Shown one piece after another: positions 12,620 through 29,262 of a stretch of DNA of 64,000 nt. The notes beneath the pieces were generated by a model. It saw only the letters and a program-made list of their open reading frames with translations. It ran no database searches and was not told the origin of the DNA. Both the position numbers and the translations under genes were made by a program. The number at the start of each line of letters is the position of its first letter. Position 1 is the first letter of the stretch. Origin of the DNA: the human T2T-CHM13v2.0 reference genome, Homo sapiens; NCBI RefSeq assembly GCF_009914755.1, contig NC_060934.1; one strand, 5' to 3'.

Positions 12620-12813
12620 GCAGGGGACATGTGGCTGGAGACATTCTCAATCATCATGAGTGGGAGTGGGAGGTGCTACTGGCATCCCGTGGGTAGAGGC
12701 CAGGGATGCCGCTGAACGTCCTACAATGCACAGGACAGGCCAGGCCTCCTACGAGAGAATGAAGAGAATGATCTGGCCCCAAATATACTTATTGCCAAGA
12801 GCTAGAAACCCTG
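12620..12813 (+). mobile_element. MER20 (hAT-Charlie DNA transposon)
   Basis: ggtgctactggcatc...gggtagaggccagggatgc...tcctacaatgcacaggacag...gaaaccctg matches MER20 consensus as recalled. Confidence 0.8.
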
Positions 12814-13228
12814 GTTTAGAATATGCAAAAATTTTTCTTAAGATTCAAGGCTGCAACTTCATTCATTTATGCATGAGGGGGCTACTGATTTTCCTGGGAA
12901 GCCAGCAATAATGGGGGTGGGGGGTGTGGGAGAAAACCGATTCGTGCATGGAAAATACCACAAAAGGAACCCCTTCTCCCTGTGAGGGCTCCTGTCTTTC
13001 CCCCACTCTGCGTTCCCAAACATGGCTCCAGTTTCTCAGCTGACCCAAACTACAGGTATCATTTTTAGTGTGTGGACAAGGTCATCATCCTGAGTTGATT
13101 GTACTATCCTGAGTTGACTGTACCAGAATGCCTTCTGTGGACATAAGATTCAAATTGGAAAATGAACTTGCTCACAGGCCTTTGCACTTGAACATCTTAT
13201 CTACGTATACCTTTCTCTTTGAGAAGCC

Positions 13229-13420
13229 CTTTTTTTTTTTTTTTTTTTGGTGGTGGGGTGGGGTCGGGGGGTAGCAGCATTGTCTCACTCTGTGGCCTAG
13301 GCTGGAGTGCAGTGGGTGATCTCGGCTCACTGCAATCTCCACCTCCCAGCTTCAAGCACCTCTCCCACCTCAGCCTCCCTAGCAGCTGAGACTGCAGGTG
13401 TGCGCCACCACACGTGACTG
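13229..13420 (-). mobile_element. Alu right-arm fragment (AluJ-like) with a G-rich insert after the poly-T
   Basis: gtctcactctgtggcctaggctggagtgcagtg...ctcggctcactgcaatctcc. Confidence 0.8.
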
Positions 13421-13713
13421 GGAAGCCTTCTGGTTTTAAGATGGCTTTAGAATGAAAGGCAGTTCCTAGCACCTGTGGTCAATCACATCTGACCGAACAC
13501 ACCCCCTTTTAAAATAGGAGCTTCTGTTTGTTCCATGAAATTAGGCATTGGAAGAAATGGGGGTGGTGTACACAGTTCCTGCTGAGAAGGCTGATTGTTC
13601 TGACCCTGACTTAGCATCTGCGGGAGGTTAAGCTTCCGCCAAGTTTGGGCTTCTCTCCCTGGCCCCGGGCCGTGGTGCTCACAAGCTGAGACAAAGTCAG
13701 TTCCTTTTCTCAC

Positions 13714-13831
13714 CTGTATGTGGCACCATTGAGCTCAGGATGAATTGCTTGCTGGTCTATTACTGACCAAGGCGCTGATGTGACAAAGAATTCCTTGTTC
13801 ACACAATTTCTTAAGCTTTCTGGGATGCGAC
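13714..13831 (-). CDS. CTBP2: CTBP2 exon (GRIPESLRNCVNKEFFVTSAPWSVIDQQAIHPELNGATYR)
   Basis: AG at 13833-13832, GTGAG donor; 118 bp; phases 1 to 2 match neighbouring exons. Confidence 0.96.
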
Positions 13832-14125
13832 CTAGGGTAAGATGATTAAAATTAATCATATTATTTTTACAAATCACAGTAAGTTCAACATTACACCTGT
13901 AGCTGCTTATGTGGGGAAATAAGCATTTGTAAAAATGTAGAACATCCAAAGGCCCAAGTGCTTGAGCTCTTCAACACTGACCTTCAGCCTCTGTGTGCCC
14001 CCCGACCCCCGAGTTTATAATGTCTGGGACTAAAGGGAATGGTTCCCTCTGTGAAGTTTAGTTCAGGGCTTACGTAAATAAACAGGGCCCAACTCATATA
14101 AATTTGATGCTAAAAGTGAATTCTA

Positions 14126-14803
<678 letters not shown>

Positions 14804-14806
14804 TCA

Positions 14807-15313
<507 letters not shown>

Positions 15314-15481
15314 TCAGCCCGAGGAAGGGGCTTCACGTGGCTTGTCACTGGTTTGTTGCAGGGCCTCTTCCCTGCTCAACAGTGTATCCAGAAACCACCT
15401 CCGTTGCCCTCCGTGTCCCTCTTGTGCCCACAAGCAAGTGCTACCACCTTTCGACAGAAGCTTCCATGGCATCTATTTTCA

Positions 15482-16027
<546 letters not shown>

Positions 16028-18219
16028 TCACCACCCGTGTCCTCCGTTCCCACCCCTCTCCCCACTTCTTGTGTGCACTGCAGGCTTCTTAACATGAGCT
16101 TTGTGTTTGAAAAACTTGCTCTCAATGTCACAGGGAGTAATGTCCTGCCTCCTCATTGCTGGGCTCGCTCCTGCAAAGGGTGACATGAGCACAATGGCTC
16201 CCTGCAGGCTGGCCCGAGTGCAGACTGGCCACATGCTACTGTGTTCTGGGCGGGAGGCAGGGCACATGACCATCAGACCTGGACCTGTCCCACTGGTGGG
16301 GCCTCGCGCCCATCTGCATTATGCAGCCTGGGCCTCCCGCCAGCTATGTCACAGGATGAGGAGGTGTCTCCCACTCCCCAACGGCTGTCATTTCATAAAC
16401 CCATGGGGTCCCCCTCGATAGCACCTCCAGCTTCCCAGAGCAGTTTTCAGCATTTTGAAAACAAAATGGTTAGTGTTGATGCTCGACTGGTTCTCTTGGA
16501 GATCACAGAAGGAATCTTTAAAGCCATGGCTCCAAGGTGCAGGCAGGAGAAGGACAAAGATGCGCATTTCCGAGCAGGCAGCCTGTGTTCCAGGGGTACC
16601 TCAATGCTGGATGGCTCCTCCTGCAGCAGCTCCATCTAACCGATGGCCTGGCTAGGACAACTGCCGTAGTTTAGAACAAAGGTTGAATAAGGCCAGTCTG
16701 ATCAGGGACAGCCGCAGGACAACTAGTATAGCAAGGCACGAACCATCACGCCTCTCCTCCTCAGTGTCACCCTTTACAGCAGGCAGGACTGGACGGTGGC
16801 AGGGACGGAGTGAGAGATGGCTCTCTGACGCACTGGCAACATGAAACTGAGGACCCCAGCATGCAACTGCTGGGAGCTCACACTTCACAGGACCCCCGCC
16901 TGCCTTCCCCCGTTCCTGCAGCCTCCATCCCCCTCATGGCGTCTGTGCACGAACATGCTTCAATCAGTGGGGCTCACACTCTGCAGATCCAGGGCCTGGA
17001 GGGCCTGTGGAAAAGCAGCCCAGAGCACCAAGCCCAGATTTGAACCGTGCCGACGGCTATTTCTTTGTTTTTTTTTTTTTTTTTTTAAAGTTCACAAACC
17101 CCTTGAACTTTATCCATGAGATTTTCTGATGACCCAATGACTTAATCCTGCTACTGACTTAATCAAAACCCAGTCCCTACAGAAGAGACCTGCTCCCCCG
17201 TCACAGCGCCCCCCCGGCCCCCCATGCCGCTTATTTTAAAAGCGCAGCTCCCACAGGCTGCCTTTCCTTCAGTTTCTGTCCATGCCCCCAGCCCCAGGCT
17301 GCCCTCTCTTGGCGGCACCGTCCCACCCCGCCTGCTGCACTGAGCCCGCTGGGCCTGGGGGACTCTTGCTCAGTAGAACCCGAGGCCAGCAAAAGCTCTT
17401 AGCCCAGGATGGCTGCAGCAGCGACAGTCCTGAAGGCTACAGAGACACCTGGAAAGGGAACAAGGAGAGCACGACAGTCCCTGTGCTGAGGATCCAGGGT
17501 GGTGGCGGCAGGGGTTAGTGTACAGTCTCGAGAAAACAGGGCGGCGGCAGGGGGCTGCACTGACCTCTATACACCGAGAGGGTTTTTAAAGTTGAATGAC
17601 AAGGGCACAGCTACAGGAACGACCCCAGGAAGAAGTCCCGTGACGGCTGGAGTCAGAAGCCCCTGAAACAAGCACCTCCCCAGTGAGGCCCCACCGTGTA
17701 CCCAGGGTGCTCATGACCACCCCCAGGCTCTGCAGCCTGGCCAGAGACCACCGAGGCCCCAGGAGGGGCTTCAGAGATGGAGATGAAGCTGCATCTCCGA
17801 GCCATGAGGCCCAGTGGGGCCCGGACAGAGGGAGCCTGGTGTTCACACACCACATCTGTTTTCCAACAAAGTCAAAACACGGTGGGTCCTTTCAGAAGAT
17901 CCCCAGCACCCGACACTTCAACTCAGACTCCAGGCGTCGGGCGAGGCCAGACCCAGGAGATCACAGCCTGTAGCGGGGACAGAAAGGTGTGCACTCCTGG
18001 AAGCGTCCAGCAACTTCTCTCTTGTTCAAGTGGCACCCCAGGTCCAGAGCGGGGCTTGTGGGGAGAGGAGCACGGGGGCTTCGTCCTCGGAGGCGCGGAG
18101 CTCCAAGCAAGGGCTGAGCAGCAGCTGGGAGTCTCCCGGAGGCCAGAACATTACTGGCCCCGTGTGCACATGCGCCTTCTTGGAGTCCCAAAAGGCAGAT
18201 ACCACGTATCCCACCAAAT

Positions 18220-18310
18220 ATCTACTTACAGATTGGGAAATTGAGGCAAAAAGCTCAGGTAATTCCCACAAGGCCACAGAGCTGGTAAGCGGTGGGGTTG
18301 AGATTCAGTG
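18220..18310 (+). mobile_element. MIR fragment
   Basis: ttacagattgggaaattgaggc...aaggccacagagctggtaag...gagattca resembles the MIR core. Confidence 0.6.
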
Positions 18311-18960
18311 GCAACGGGCCGAGGTCTCCTGGGTGTGGTGTGGACCCTGATGGTGAGCAGGGTAGGGACCTCCTCGAGCCCCCATGGAATCAGGCTGCTT
18401 ACCATCACCTTCTCCGTGGCACCGGCCCCTACCACCCTGCTGAAGACCCTCCTGGGCCTCTCCTCACGTCTCCTTTTCCTGCCCCTCTCTCAGGAGAGCT
18501 TTCCAAGCTGATGGCCTGACTGTGCCACCCCAACCTGGCATTTGAAGGCCTTCAGGAGTGAGGCCATGTCCATAACCCGCGTCTCCACTGAACCCTACGC
18601 CAGCCCCTACACGAGCCCCAAGCCTGGCTGCTGCTTTACGACACACCTCCATACAGCCCCTGCCCTTCACCCCTGCCCAGGGAAATTTACTGGGCACAGC
18701 GCCTTGCCCGCTGCCCCACAGCAAAGAATGCTGTCCTGCCAGACACTACAGACAGCAGTGGACACGCATTCTTCCAGAACCAGCCCAGATCCTGCCTCTA
18801 GGGTGAGTTGCCTGATGGGTCTTGACTCCGATCTCCTACCCCGTGCAACACGGGGAGGGTGCTGGCCCTGCCTGCCCTGGCTCCTCAAGAGCAGGCTGGG
18901 GTTGCCTTTCCCGAGGGGTCCCCACTACACCAGCCCCAGTGTCGGAGGGGTTGGGGGTCA

Positions 18961-19428
<468 letters not shown>

Positions 19429-22400
19429 TCATGACCAACCCAACTCCTATGGCTGATTTTGGGCCTGACTGGCTTCCTCCTGGGCTTGCACTGAGTCCCA
19501 AGAAAGGACCCGGAGTGGCAGGAAGCCAGTGGGCCTCAGACCAGACTCCTCCAAGTGGACCCCACTCAGCCTCAAACCCCTCAGGGTCTCCCTCATGGAG
19601 CTGGCAGGGTGACAAAGAATGGCTTTTGGTTTTAAGCTATGCTAACAGTTTGATGCAAAAAACATACGTTTTAAACATACTGGTTTTAAAAAAACACCTC
19701 CACCCCCACACGGATGCAAGGGCTGGCCCCGGGAACGGAACCGATGGCCGAAGCGTGTGCACAATCGCCCTGTGGTCGTGTGCTCAGCACCCTGCTCTGC
19801 TGGGAAGAACTCAGAGCAGACAGGATGCCCTCCCTGCCCCGTGGAGCAGCCTTCAGGTCAGGGCCGAGGGTGGCTTGGGGTGAGCCCTCTGGCCCCACAC
19901 GAGCTGCAGAGACCAGGGTCAAGTATCTCCCAGCACAAAGCAGCTGTGGCATGGAGAGTTAACCCAAGTCATAGGTAGAAAGGGCCCTGCCATTTACCCT
20001 CCTCAGCCAGAGGGTGTCTGGGGAAGAATGAATGACTGCCAGATACAACAGGGGTGCAAGTAGGCAGAGGGCCAGGCTGGGAACGGCCCCTCCCTACACC
20101 CGACAGGTGGAGATCCAGAGGCCTGCTTGCAGCAGAGACCAGAGGGGCCGAGCCAGGGGCGGGGCCCCAGAGGGTGGGCTCAGCAGCCAGCCTGTGGCTC
20201 CCAGTTGAGCTCTCTGAGGAGGGGTGTGGCTATCTGGGCATCACGTCAGCCCAAGTGAAATGGTTCCCTCCTAATCCCAGCTTTGGGACCCTTAGGAGAG
20301 TGTCTCTCCCAGCAAGGGGTGCCCAAGGCACTGGGACAGGGCCACCTTTAAGGCAGCCCAGGATTCCTCTATCTTAAGTCCTGAAGATTGGGGTGGGGAC
20401 AGATTGGGGTGGGGACGGCAATCACCAAGGCAGCTTCTTCGGCTCTACTGGACAGGAAACAAGACCAGTGGGTGCCACAAACCCACTTTCTAGATGGCTG
20501 CGTGGCTGTCTCCCCACAAGGGCCACCCCTAGGTCTAGGGCCTTGAGAGTGACCCGCTTAGCAAGACACACAGCTCAGAGAAGGTGAAGCCACTGTGAGC
20601 AGGTCACCCACCCACCCAACGTGGCCACTGAGGGCTCCTCTGGGCCACCGACCCCTGCCAAGGGACCAGTGTGGTTGACGGTGACTGAGGCCGACCAACT
20701 TTCCCACGAGCTGGATGCCAGGAATCTTGCAGGAAACTGGCCTCATTCATTTGAAATAGCTCAGCAGAGAAGCTGGGGCTTGATCACATGCCATGTTATT
20801 ATTAAGTCAGACAGACTAAGGCTGATGCCAGAGGTTCAAGAAAATCTTTGGCGGCTGGGACAATTTTCATTCCTCGGGCAGGCTAAAGCCCAGCAGGGAG
20901 GCCCCGCAGCAGAATCACCCTCAAGGACGCTGGCTCCGTGCTGCTGCCGGGGCTGGCTCGGCAGTGCTGCCTGGCGTCAACAGCAGCACCTCCTCCTAGG
21001 AGATGAGCTGATGCTGGCTGGGAGACCCCACAAGGCCACGTGTGTAAAGGCACCCGGGTGGGTGGGTGGCACAAAAAGGCAGGTTGAGGCAGGACATCTG
21101 GTCAGTCTTCTCACCGAACTTGGACATTCAGCTCCGTGGTTCCACTGCTCACCGGAGTGCAGAGTCCCAGGACGGGGAGATGGTGCAGGAGGAAGAGCTG
21201 CAGCCACTGCCTGGGATGGCAGAACCTTCCCACCCAGACCGCGGCGGCGCCACTGCCAGGAACCTCCATAACCTCACCGCTCTCTCGGAGGGAGCATCTT
21301 CTTAGCTGTCCTCTATCGCTCTGTGGATGCAGCCTCCCTTCTGGATGAGTCAAGCTGATCCTTCAAGTGCCACACGATGGGTGGCTCTGATACTCGCAGG
21401 CTGGGCCTCCCAGCATCCACGGAGCCTGGAAAACGGCCCCAAAGAGGCAAGCTGCTTTTCTCTCACGGTCAGTGCCATCGTGCTTTAATCCCTTCATGAC
21501 TGCCGCTGGCAAGGAAACCACATAAACCAGCTTGCTAGAGGCGGCGGGGGTGGGGAGGGGTGTAGGGCCCTCTCGAGGTCTTCCCGGCTCGTGGGGAGAA
21601 GTGCAGGTGAGCAGCTTCCTCAAGCCTTGCCCTGCTCTTGCCGTGAAGCGCTGACTCTCGCCTGTCATTCCAGGGCTGACAGCTCAGAGCCTTGCGATCC
21701 CAGAAGGTGTCACCAGAGGCCTAGTGTGCTGCCTCGTGCAACATGGAGGGCCTTGTTTTCTGGGCCTGCGAGGGACCCTCTTTCATCAGGAGAGGGCCTG
21801 CCTGCAGCCACCTGCCGCTCCCAGCCCTCAGCACAAAAGGCCCGCTGACCGCATGATGTGGGGAATATGCATTCGGAGACAAAGGACGTCTGGACAGAGG
21901 CTCATTTTCCGCCTCCAGAGTCTACATTCGAAAAGTGCCCTTTAAAAGGGCCCCGCAGATGTCTTCCAAGCGCCCTTATCAGATGGGACCAGGATCAATG
22001 AAAATCCACCACTCACAGCCCTTCTACATTTTCCAAAACCGCAGTCCCTGGTCCTGGTCGTCTTCTGTGGGTCTCAGAACTCAGGGAACACAACCTCCCA
22101 TCTCGGCCCTCCCAGGCCCCCCGTCATTGAGGCCTTGGTGCCTTTCTGGCCCCACTGCCTGTGCGGGGCACTTCTAGAAATGGAGAAATAGGAAGTTCCA
22201 CAGGCAAGGACCTCCCCTCTCTCCCTGGAAAGCAGCGTCTGGTCCAGCCGAGGAAGGGCAGGGTCAGCACCCGTATGGGCCTGGGAGCTGTGTGGTGAGG
22301 GGCCGACGTGCTGGAGAAGCAAGAGGTGCGGGGGACAAGGATTTGAGAGCCCCTGGCACATGAAGCTGTATTCTCCTCTGCTGTTGAAACTTGGGATTTC

Positions 22401-23572
22401 AGCTCTACCCAGAGCACAAAGGACATTTGTTTTCAAACAAAAATATCCTTGTTTGTGCCAGGGAAAGATGGAAAATTTTAGTTTATATTAAACACGCCTT
22501 TGAAGACTCACATCTTCTGGAGTGTCTTTGTTCCAACAGAGGGGCTCGGAAGGACGCCGTGGCTGGTAGCAAGTGAGGGGTGTGGGGAGGGTGAGGGGTG
22601 GATGTGTGAAGCTGCTGCTTCCAGGACCCTAAGGGGTGTGGAATCTGAGTGACTCTCTCTCCTTCCCTGGCCTTTTGCTTTGGGATTTGCCCGTGGGGCA
22701 GCCCCACCCCACTGCGTCCTGACCCCTGTGAGTGTACGGGCAGCTCCCTGCTCGCCCGGCTCCCCAGCCCTGCTCCTGACACCAAGACCCACCCAGTGCT
22801 TCCGGTACCTGGGTGCTGCCCCGACTGGCTGTGAAGGATTCAACTAAGATTCTGACCCATACACTCCATGCCCCAGGCTAAGGCTGTGGAGAGACAGCTG
22901 GAGCCCATGGGGGTGGCCTCCCTGAAAACGTGGCCGGTGGTGCCCGAGAGCAGGATTCTCAGATGTATGTAACACTCCGCTCACACACAGAGCCCATCTG
23001 ACACCCAGCCCGTCCCGGAAGCACCGGGGCCCACTGGGGCCTTAGCCGATGGGAGAGAGGTGGGGAAATAGCGCCTGGGCTATTCCTGGAGCACAGGAAG
23101 AGCTGTTCCAAGGCCAGGCTGCTGCCTTGGAATTCATGGTGCCTCATGAATTTGGGGCACCTCAGCACTCGTAAGGCAGAGTACAGCCCCCACCCCCAAA
23201 ATGCAGGGGTGGCGTGTTCCAAACACAGAGCAAGCACAGTGCCCACCTGGCCCTCTCCCGAGGACGCTCGATGCCAGCGGTCTGCTTCTTGTGCCTCTGC
23301 ACTCAGCACTCACGAGCTCACACGGGGTGCTGGGCAGAGGCCCCCCTCAACATGCACCCCCAGCCACAAGTGCATGGGGCCGATAAGCAGCTTTGAAGCC
23401 CCCAACTCTGGGTTCCCGCCTGCTGCCTCTGCTTTTCTTCGGAAGCCTCTGTCATCAACTGTGTTGGGCAGGGGCCCACCTGCTTTGGTGCTGACCTGGA
23501 CCACATGCTGCTAAGGCTGCCCTCCCAGAACGGGAGGCCCAGGTTCCCATGTGGACAGGGGCCTAGAGCTGT

Positions 23573-23653
23573 GCACACGGCAGGGGCAGTTTAGGGGACA
23601 CACACGGCAGGGGTCATTTAGGGGACGCACCCAGCAGGGGTGGTTTAGAGGAC
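23573..23653. repeat. 27-bp minisatellite, 3 diverged copies
   Basis: gcacacggcaggggcagtttaggggac / acacacggcaggggtcatttaggggac / gcacccagcaggggtggtttagaggac. Confidence 0.85.
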
Positions 23654-23751
23654 ATGTGGCCAGTCGCATTCTCCCCTCTGGAGGCGGCACTGGGTGTCTC
23701 CAAATTGAGCCTGTGCCAGCTGGGTGTTGCTCTGAGGGCAGAGATGCCTCA

Positions 23752-24590
<839 letters not shown>

Positions 24591-26562
24591 TCAGGGCAGG
24601 GCTTGGGCAAGCGAGGGTGGCGGAGCAGCGAGGGCACCGCCTCCACCTGCATCACCTTCCAGGGAGCCACTGACACGAAGAGGAGCCACTTCCCATCCAC
24701 TTGCGGCTCTGGCTGGAGACGCACACGGCTGCTTCCCTGCCAGCAGACCATAGTCCCGAGAGCCTCAGGACCATGGGGCCCCGAGGCCAGCACAGGCTAG
24801 TCCAGCACAGGACGGGTCCCTGCACCGCGTGCCTCCCTGCCTGCACCGGCACCAGCTGCCCCTCACACACTATGACAGGGGATAAGGCGTGTGCGTCCAA
24901 AGGAACTTCCTGGACAGGCCCTGCACAAACAGGCGGCCTGGGCAGGCTCCTCCAGCCCCTCTCACCTGCGCTGGGTGAGGAGAAATGGCGGGTCTGGGGC
25001 AGGGAAGGTATGCCTGAGGGCAGGAGGCCTCTAGGGGCTCAGGAGAGCAAACTTCTCAAAGGACCACACAGCAAGCAGCTCTCTAGACAGGCCAGAGCCA
25101 TCATATTAATCCTGACAGATTTCCTGGTGCTGCCAACAAGGTGAAGGGACAGCTGTGAGGACAGAGGGGCAGGGGTGACCCCAGGAAGGGCCCCAGTGGT
25201 CCTTCCCACAAGTCCAAGTACAAATTCTCTAGCAACTTCATCTGGACCAGCGCGGCTGCATCTAGACGTTCAGCAGGGTGGTGGAAGGCCTTACCTGCCA
25301 CACTACAGACGCGCATGCTTGCGCCCCGTGCACATACAGGGCAGACACCCTGCGGGGCCCGCCCAGGATGCAGCGAGAGCCTCAGGGCCTCTTTTCTCTC
25401 TTTATTCTGTGCAGCAAACCCAGCAGGCTCCGAAGACCTCAGAGACAGAGAAGCAGCATTTTCTCCAACAAAAACTGCCCCCTTCAAATCCATCCTTGGA
25501 TTTCGTAGGTCCTCCTGACCATCTGCCCAAACCTCACATCTTCAAGACCCACACCCTGGACACAAGAGAACAACTACCTGAGTTCCAGAGGTGCAATCCG
25601 CCGAGATGCCAGGAAGGGGCAATGTCTCTTGTCAAATTAGAACTCTTTAGCCTCAGATTAAAACTTTGGGGCTCATCAAGTTTTCAGATATCCAGATCAA
25701 CCCTGACGGCGGCCTTACATCCCCATCCCCTCCCTCCCTCTGAGGCTGGACGGTCCAGGCCATTGCTCCAGGCTGAGCCCAGCCTGGTGACCCACCATGG
25801 GTAACCCAACCAGGAAGGTGTGACATTCCCGGGATCACTGGCCTTTGAGCACAAGGCAGCAGGCTCAGGGTCCCACAGGCAAAAGCAGGAGCCTTCCACA
25901 AAGGCCAACTTCATCTGTGTGGCCTCGCCTTCCATCCCTAACCTCCTCAAGGGCTCTTAGTAGTCCCCAAGCTGGCCACTTGGTGGGGACGATGACTGGG
26001 ACCCCAGCCACGGGGGGGCTCCTGCTGGACCACCAAGGCTCATATTCCGTTAGCCACACGCTCGGAGACGAGGAAGGAAATCCCCCTCCACTGGGGCCGT
26101 GACTGCATCCTGTTAAGACTATACACGGTGCTGGGGAGGGACGGCCCAGAGCACCTGCACCAGCCCTGCATGGAAGGCCGTGCTCGGCCAGTGGGACTTG
26201 GGATAATTGTCTCTTTGAGCACAAAGTACAAAAAAGGCTTTTGTCCCAGCCTCAGAAGAATGGGCTGGGGTAGCCAGGTCCACAGCCAGCCCCGCATGGC
26301 CCCCAAGCTAAGTGCAGTTCTCCTGCCACCCCCGGCTGGGAGGAATCATGGCCCCTCTCAGCCCTGAGCGGCAGCTGCACCCGACGCTCAGACACCAAAG
26401 GCACACGTGCACCCAGTCACTCCTGCTGCTGCCCCGACACCCAGGTCCCCAAACAGGGTGTCCGCATGGATCCGCACTCCAACATCCTTCTGCACCAGGA
26501 AAACAGGGCAGGGGAGGGGGAAAATAAGGCAGGGACGAGGGCCAACACCCCCGTGTCCTCAC

Positions 26563-26824
26563 CAGCCCACGACCTGTATGAGTGGACAGGAAGCGTGCAG
26601 CACAAAGCTGGATACCCCCTCAGCTCATCCGCGAGATCCGCAACAGCACCGTCACCTGACGAGGAACCCGACACACATGGCTCCCACCTGGGCTCCTGTT
26701 TTCTGCTAAGAAAATGGTACAACTGCCAAATTCCACAAGATTCCTTCTGTTTCAGTACACTCTTCTGGCCCCTACTTGAGGTCTGAGCGCACAACCCTGT
26801 GGGGCCTGGAAGTCCTGGTCTCAT
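26563..26824 (-). CDS. CTBP2: Alternative CTBP2 first coding exon, 87-aa N-terminus (MRPGLPGPTGLCAQTSSRGQK...PVHSYRSWA/G), predicted 513-aa isoform
   Basis: ATG with G at -3 (ggggcATG); open frame of 262 nt ending at a GCTG|GTGAGG phase-1 donor compatible with the 24508 acceptor. 513 aa agrees with a minor CTBP2 isoform length I recall. Confidence 0.6.
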
Positions 26825-27066
26825 GCCCCAGGCGGTCGCCCACACACAGTGAGGAACACCCCAACTTCACTTTCAGGGGTGCTGGCAGGATGGTTATCGG
26901 AGAGAGTGCCTGATTATAAGAAATCCAAGCTGTTCGTTAAATGGTAGCCACACAGGAAAACCACGCTGGGCGCAAGGTGGGAATCCAGAGCCGCTGATGC
27001 GTCTGGGGAGCCTGAGAGGCCATTGTCACAAGATGTCCATCCGCAGCATCATCAGTGCATGGATCC

Positions 27067-27102
27067 GTTACCAGGGTAACAAACTCCAGGTTGCCTAGCG
27101 AT
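27067..27102. promoter_or_regulatory. Tandem RFX X-boxes upstream of the alternative first exon
   Basis: GTTACCAGGGTAAC (27067-27080, perfect GTNRCC-N2-RGYAAC palindrome) and GTTGCCTAGCGAT (27090-27102). Confidence 0.65.
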
Positions 27103-28945
27103 CGGCTCCCTCCCCGACACGGGTTGCCTTTCTCCTTGGTGAAACCCACCCTCTACCCTCCCTGATGGCCGGGCACGCAGAACGTGGCTGAGGCTGGCCC
27201 GAGACCTGTCCAAGGTCTGAGGCTCGAATCCTGGCAGCAGGTCCTTCATGGCAAGGCGGGAAAAGAGAAAAGCCAACGGGTTCTCATGCTGGGAAAAGAT
27301 GCCGGGCACGACGGCTGGAGGTGGGGGGTTGGGAGTGGGTGGGATGCTTGCGTGCCCTGCATGAGGTGCAGGGATATGGAGGCCACAGGAGACCCCCAAG
27401 CCCTGGGCATGAGAGCTTAGCTGGGACAATGCCAAGGTTTGCTCTAGAAGGGAAAGCACCATCTTCCAAGTGCTCCTTCAGTCCCAGAAGGAAACTGTCC
27501 ACCCACACACCAGAGAATCTGGACTGAAATTCAAGCCCTTGCCTAGCAGCCGCTGCCCTACAGGCTTGCTGGAGCCTGGGGCAGAGGTTTCTGGAAGAGC
27601 TCATATGGAAGATCTCATATGGAGAGATGAAGGTGCAAACAGATCCCCCATCTTACCTCACACAGGATTCCTGACGCCTCTTTCAGGCTTCTGACCATTT
27701 GAGCAAGTTTTTAACCTATTAGGATGTAACTGACACACAGAGTAAGATTCATATACATTAAGATGGAACACGACCCTTTCAGGGACGTGGGGTCCCCAGG
27801 CCCAGTGGGGCAGGATTGGGAATTTGCGAGGAGAAAGCCCAAGGCGCAGTACGTAATGAGGGCTTCCGAAGAACTGGGCTTTATGCTAAAAAGCCATGGC
27901 TTCCAGTTGCTATGCACAGCTGACGGCCTTTTCCATGCGTACAGACCACAAGGCTGACAAGAGTCCTGCAGTGCTGCTGTTCTTCCCACTTCACAGCCCG
28001 GGAGTCAGCGCTCAGGGTGGCCCCGTACCACGGTGCGCAACCACGAGGTATGAGGAGACACTTGCGGACGAGGGTCACAGGGCCCTGGTGCCCTCTATGC
28101 GCTATTTTTCCTTTCTACCGTCTCCCGCCAGTAAACCTGCCTTGTCCATTTCAGGACAATTCCAGCTGCAACTGGACACATCACGGAAATGACATCAGTG
28201 CCTTACTGTTGACAGCTTGCCCACATTAACTGTGTAGAGCAGAAAGCCCTGCCGGCTCCCCTGGTATCAATTACTATCTGGTTTCAGGCTTGCATGTGCA
28301 CCAGGACGGCCCTGCCCCTCCGTCCGGGATGTGCTGTGCACCAGCTCAAGGCAGTGCTGACGCCCATCCCTGGGCCTGGTATTGCTTAGAGCTGCAGCTG
28401 CAATAAATACTTGTGAAATGAGAGATGCTCAGTCAAAAACAAAGACAACACCAGGCCAAACTGCTGGACTTTTGTGAACAGTAACCAGACACCCAGGAAA
28501 AGCAAAGTGCGTGGATCTCACAGATCCTAAGGCAGGTAGATCTCAGGGAGGATGGCGGAAGGATCCGGAGCTGGAAAACGCTACATTTCATTGTGGGGAG
28601 CTGCTGCTTTCTCGGATACAGGCAGACAGGCCTGGAGTTGACCTTCTGGCTCAGTACCATGCAAGGCAAATGGGATGTTCCCCTGAGCAGTCACCAAGAA
28701 GGAACTGGATTGATCCTGCCACACAAAGCTGCCTGCAGTGTTTCTGAGACCCATTTTCCAGTCTTCCTAGACACTGTGTGAGCTAAGCCGACATCCTTCC
28801 AACAGAAATTCTCATTATTTAAAAATGATCTAAATGGGTTTCTGTTGCTTACAGCACAAGACAACCTGCCCCAGGGTAAAGGGTTTCAGGATTTGAGGCT
28901 TCTACCCCAAAGCAAAGCAGCTGCAAATGATCATTTCTGACATAG

Positions 28946-29262
<317 letters not shown>

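Noticed and set aside
23573-23653. CRISPR-like repeat array
   Set aside because: Units are contiguous with no unique spacers, there are no cas genes, and the context is eukaryotic.
27150-27462. ORF 27462 with a phase-1 GAGG|GTGGGT donor at 27150 as another first exon
   Set aside because: Frame-compatible, but the donor is modest, the peptide is unremarkable, and it lies upstream of the X-boxes; the 26824-26563 exon is better supported.
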